From the NCBI GenBank assembly GCA_027083915.1, contig JALWML010000060.1, positions 1-27,280 on the forward strand: a stretch of DNA of 27,280 nt, read 5' to 3'. The DNA comes from Lysobacterales bacterium (GTDB lineage: Bacteria; Pseudomonadota; Gammaproteobacteria; Xanthomonadales; Marinicellaceae). Position numbers and translations under genes: made by a program. Of this stretch, positions 25,745 through 27,280 are shown piece after piece. Every line of letters starts with the position of its first letter. Position 1 is the stretch's first letter. The notes beneath the pieces are model-generated. The model did no database searches. It worked only from the letters and a program-made list of their open reading frames with translations, and was not told the origin of the DNA.

Positions 25745-27271
25745 ATGAAAAGAAACAATTTAACAACTGCATTGATCGCAGGTATTGCTGGCGTAGCTGG
25801 TATTGCATCTGTATCAACTGCTGTTAACTTAAATTCAGATGGTACAGGACAGGTATTAATCTATCCTTACTATACTGTAAATAATGGTTTAAACACATTA
25901 ATCTCTGTTGTTAACACAACGGATAAGACTAAAGCTATCAAGGTACGTTTCCTTGAAGGTAAAAATAGTCGTGAGTGTTTAGATTTTAACTTATTCTTGT
26001 CTGCTTATGATGTTTGGACGGCAGCCTTGATTCCTGATACTGCATCTGATTTGTTCTCTCCAGGGTACGCAGGTCAAAATACAGTTAAGATAATTACAAA
26101 TGACACTTCTTGTGTGGATCCATCTATAATCAGTACTAGTGGTTATCAGTTCCTTCCTTATGGCTATAATCCTAACGACGATGGTGTAGAGCCTGCTTAT
26201 GATCAGCAAGGTCTTGATTTGCAACGTTGTACCGAAGGTCATTTTGAAATGATTGAGATGGGCGATGTAACTGACCAAGATACGATTGATGGTGTAGATC
26301 ACGGAACAACAGGTGTTCCTGCAGACTGTGGTGAGGCTTATAAAAATACTGACCCAGGTGGAATTTGGACTGGTGTTATCTCTGGTATTGATGCTCCGTC
26401 TGGTGGTATCTTTGGATCAGCTTCAATTATTGATGTTGCTGGTGGTACTGATATAGCTTACAATGCTGATGCAATAGATGCATTTACTACTGTTCCTAGA
26501 ATTACTTTCTCTGGCGACCAAAAACCTGATTTAGCAGATGGTAACGTTTTGGATAGTAATATTTTTTATGGTGGTAATGTTATTACTGATACTTGGAACT
26601 TGAGTTCTGTTCAAGCGGTTAGTGCTGTTTATATGCATGACAGTATCTTTGGTGAATATAGCTTAGAAGATGTTGTTGGTGCTAATACAGAGTGGGTTGT
26701 GACTTTCCCAACCAAAAAACACTATGTGGATTCATTTGTTAGTGGTTTTCCTACAACTCCTTATCAGCCATTCCTAAAGGAATTAAACGAAAATGGTACT
26801 GGCGCTTGTGAAGTTTACACGTTTGAGTATTATGATCGTGAAGAGCAAGTTCCTGATCCAAGAGTGGCAGCGCGCCCACCATCACCACGCCCACCAGGCG
26901 TACATAATGATGATGCTGTGTTGTGTTGGGAAACCAATGTAGTTGAGTTTAATGACTCAGAAGTTACAAGTGGTGATTCATTAATTCTTGGTTCTAAAAA
27001 TACCACGCATTTCATCACAGCTAATAAACCTGCACAAGCAGCAACTCCGACAACTCCAGCAGTTGATCCTAGTTACTTTGATACAGGTTGGGTAGCTATG
27101 CACTTTAATACACAAAGTACAAATGATAACGTTTCTACTAATGTTTATGAAGGTTTACCTGTAACTGGTTTTGCTGTACAACGTTATGTTAATGCAAACC
27201 TATCAGGTGGTGTTTTAGCTAACTATGCAGGCTTGTTCGCACATAGATATTCTAGAAATATCCATAACTAA
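25745..27271 (+). CDS. Secreted cell-surface protein, putative S-layer subunit
   Basis: 508 aa; Sec signal ending VSTA|VNL; strong RBS AGGAG; acidic, Gly/Thr/Asp/Asn-rich, 6 Cys. Motifs GTGQVLIYPYYTV, VRFLEGKNSRECLDFN, WVVTFPTK and GLPVTGFAV recall a proteobacterial cell-surface protein family (from memory). No CTERM anchor. Confidence 0.65.
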   Translation: MKRNNLTTALIAGIAGVAGIASVSTAVNLNSDGTGQVLIYPYYTVNNGLNTLISVVNTTDKTKAIKVRFLEGKNSRECLDFNLFLSAYDVWTAALIPDTASDLFSPGYAGQNTVKIITNDTSCVDPSIISTSGYQFLPYGYNPNDDGVEPAYDQQGLDLQRCTEGHFEMIEMGDVTDQDTIDGVDHGTTGVPADCGEAYKNTDPGGIWTGVISGIDAPSGGIFGSASIIDVAGGTDIAYNADAIDAFTTVPRITFSGDQKPDLADGNVLDSNIFYGGNVITDTWNLSSVQAVSAVYMHDSIFGEYSLEDVVGANTEWVVTFPTKKHYVDSFVSGFPTTPYQPFLKELNENGTGACEVYTFEYYDREEQVPDPRVAARPPSPRPPGVHNDDAVLCWETNVVEFNDSEVTSGDSLILGSKNTTHFITANKPAQAATPTTPAVDPSYFDTGWVAMHFNTQSTNDNVSTNVYEGLPVTGFAVQRYVNANLSGGVLANYAGLFAHRYSRNIHN

Positions 27272-27280
27272 ATTTTTGCA

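Noticed and set aside
607-27018. Many short alternative-frame or antisense ORFs (e.g. 3917-4402, 12166-12543, 24530-25069, 25991-26302)
   Set aside because: All lie within well-supported genes and lack RBSs or domains; shadow ORFs.
1-27280. CRISPR arrays, tRNA/rRNA genes, transposases, phage genes
   Set aside because: No repeat-spacer periodicity, cloverleaf or such ORFs seen; intergenic gaps are too short.

Overview
AT-rich gammaproteobacterial chromosomal window, almost all on the + strand and mostly cell-envelope genes. Gene content and order suggest a Xanthomonadales-related, possibly Marinicella-like marine lineage (inference). Order: lptF-lptG; a 227-bp MITE-like structured element; an RDD gene (- strand); a six-gene TtpC-type TonB operon (DUF3450, long ExbB/TtpC, exbB, exbD, tonB, TPR) running into xerD; dsbC with a sigmaE-like promoter and a clean terminator; then purL, coupled by overlaps to an exosortase-H-associated membrane protein and an Xps-type type II secretion operon (E-F-G-H-I-J-K-L-M-N/C-D; no prepilin peptidase in the cluster). 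The secretin gene overlaps an uncharacterised lipoprotein gene, followed by a 508-aa secreted, acidic, 6-Cys protein with its own promoter that looks like an S-layer subunit. Best candidate for an undescribed system: a T2SS-linked surface-layer/surface-display module made of a Cys-less exosortase-like protein, the Xps T2SS, an accessory lipoprotein and the putative S-layer protein. No tRNA, rRNA, CRISPR array or transposase is visible. Family names are recalled from memory, not from searches.
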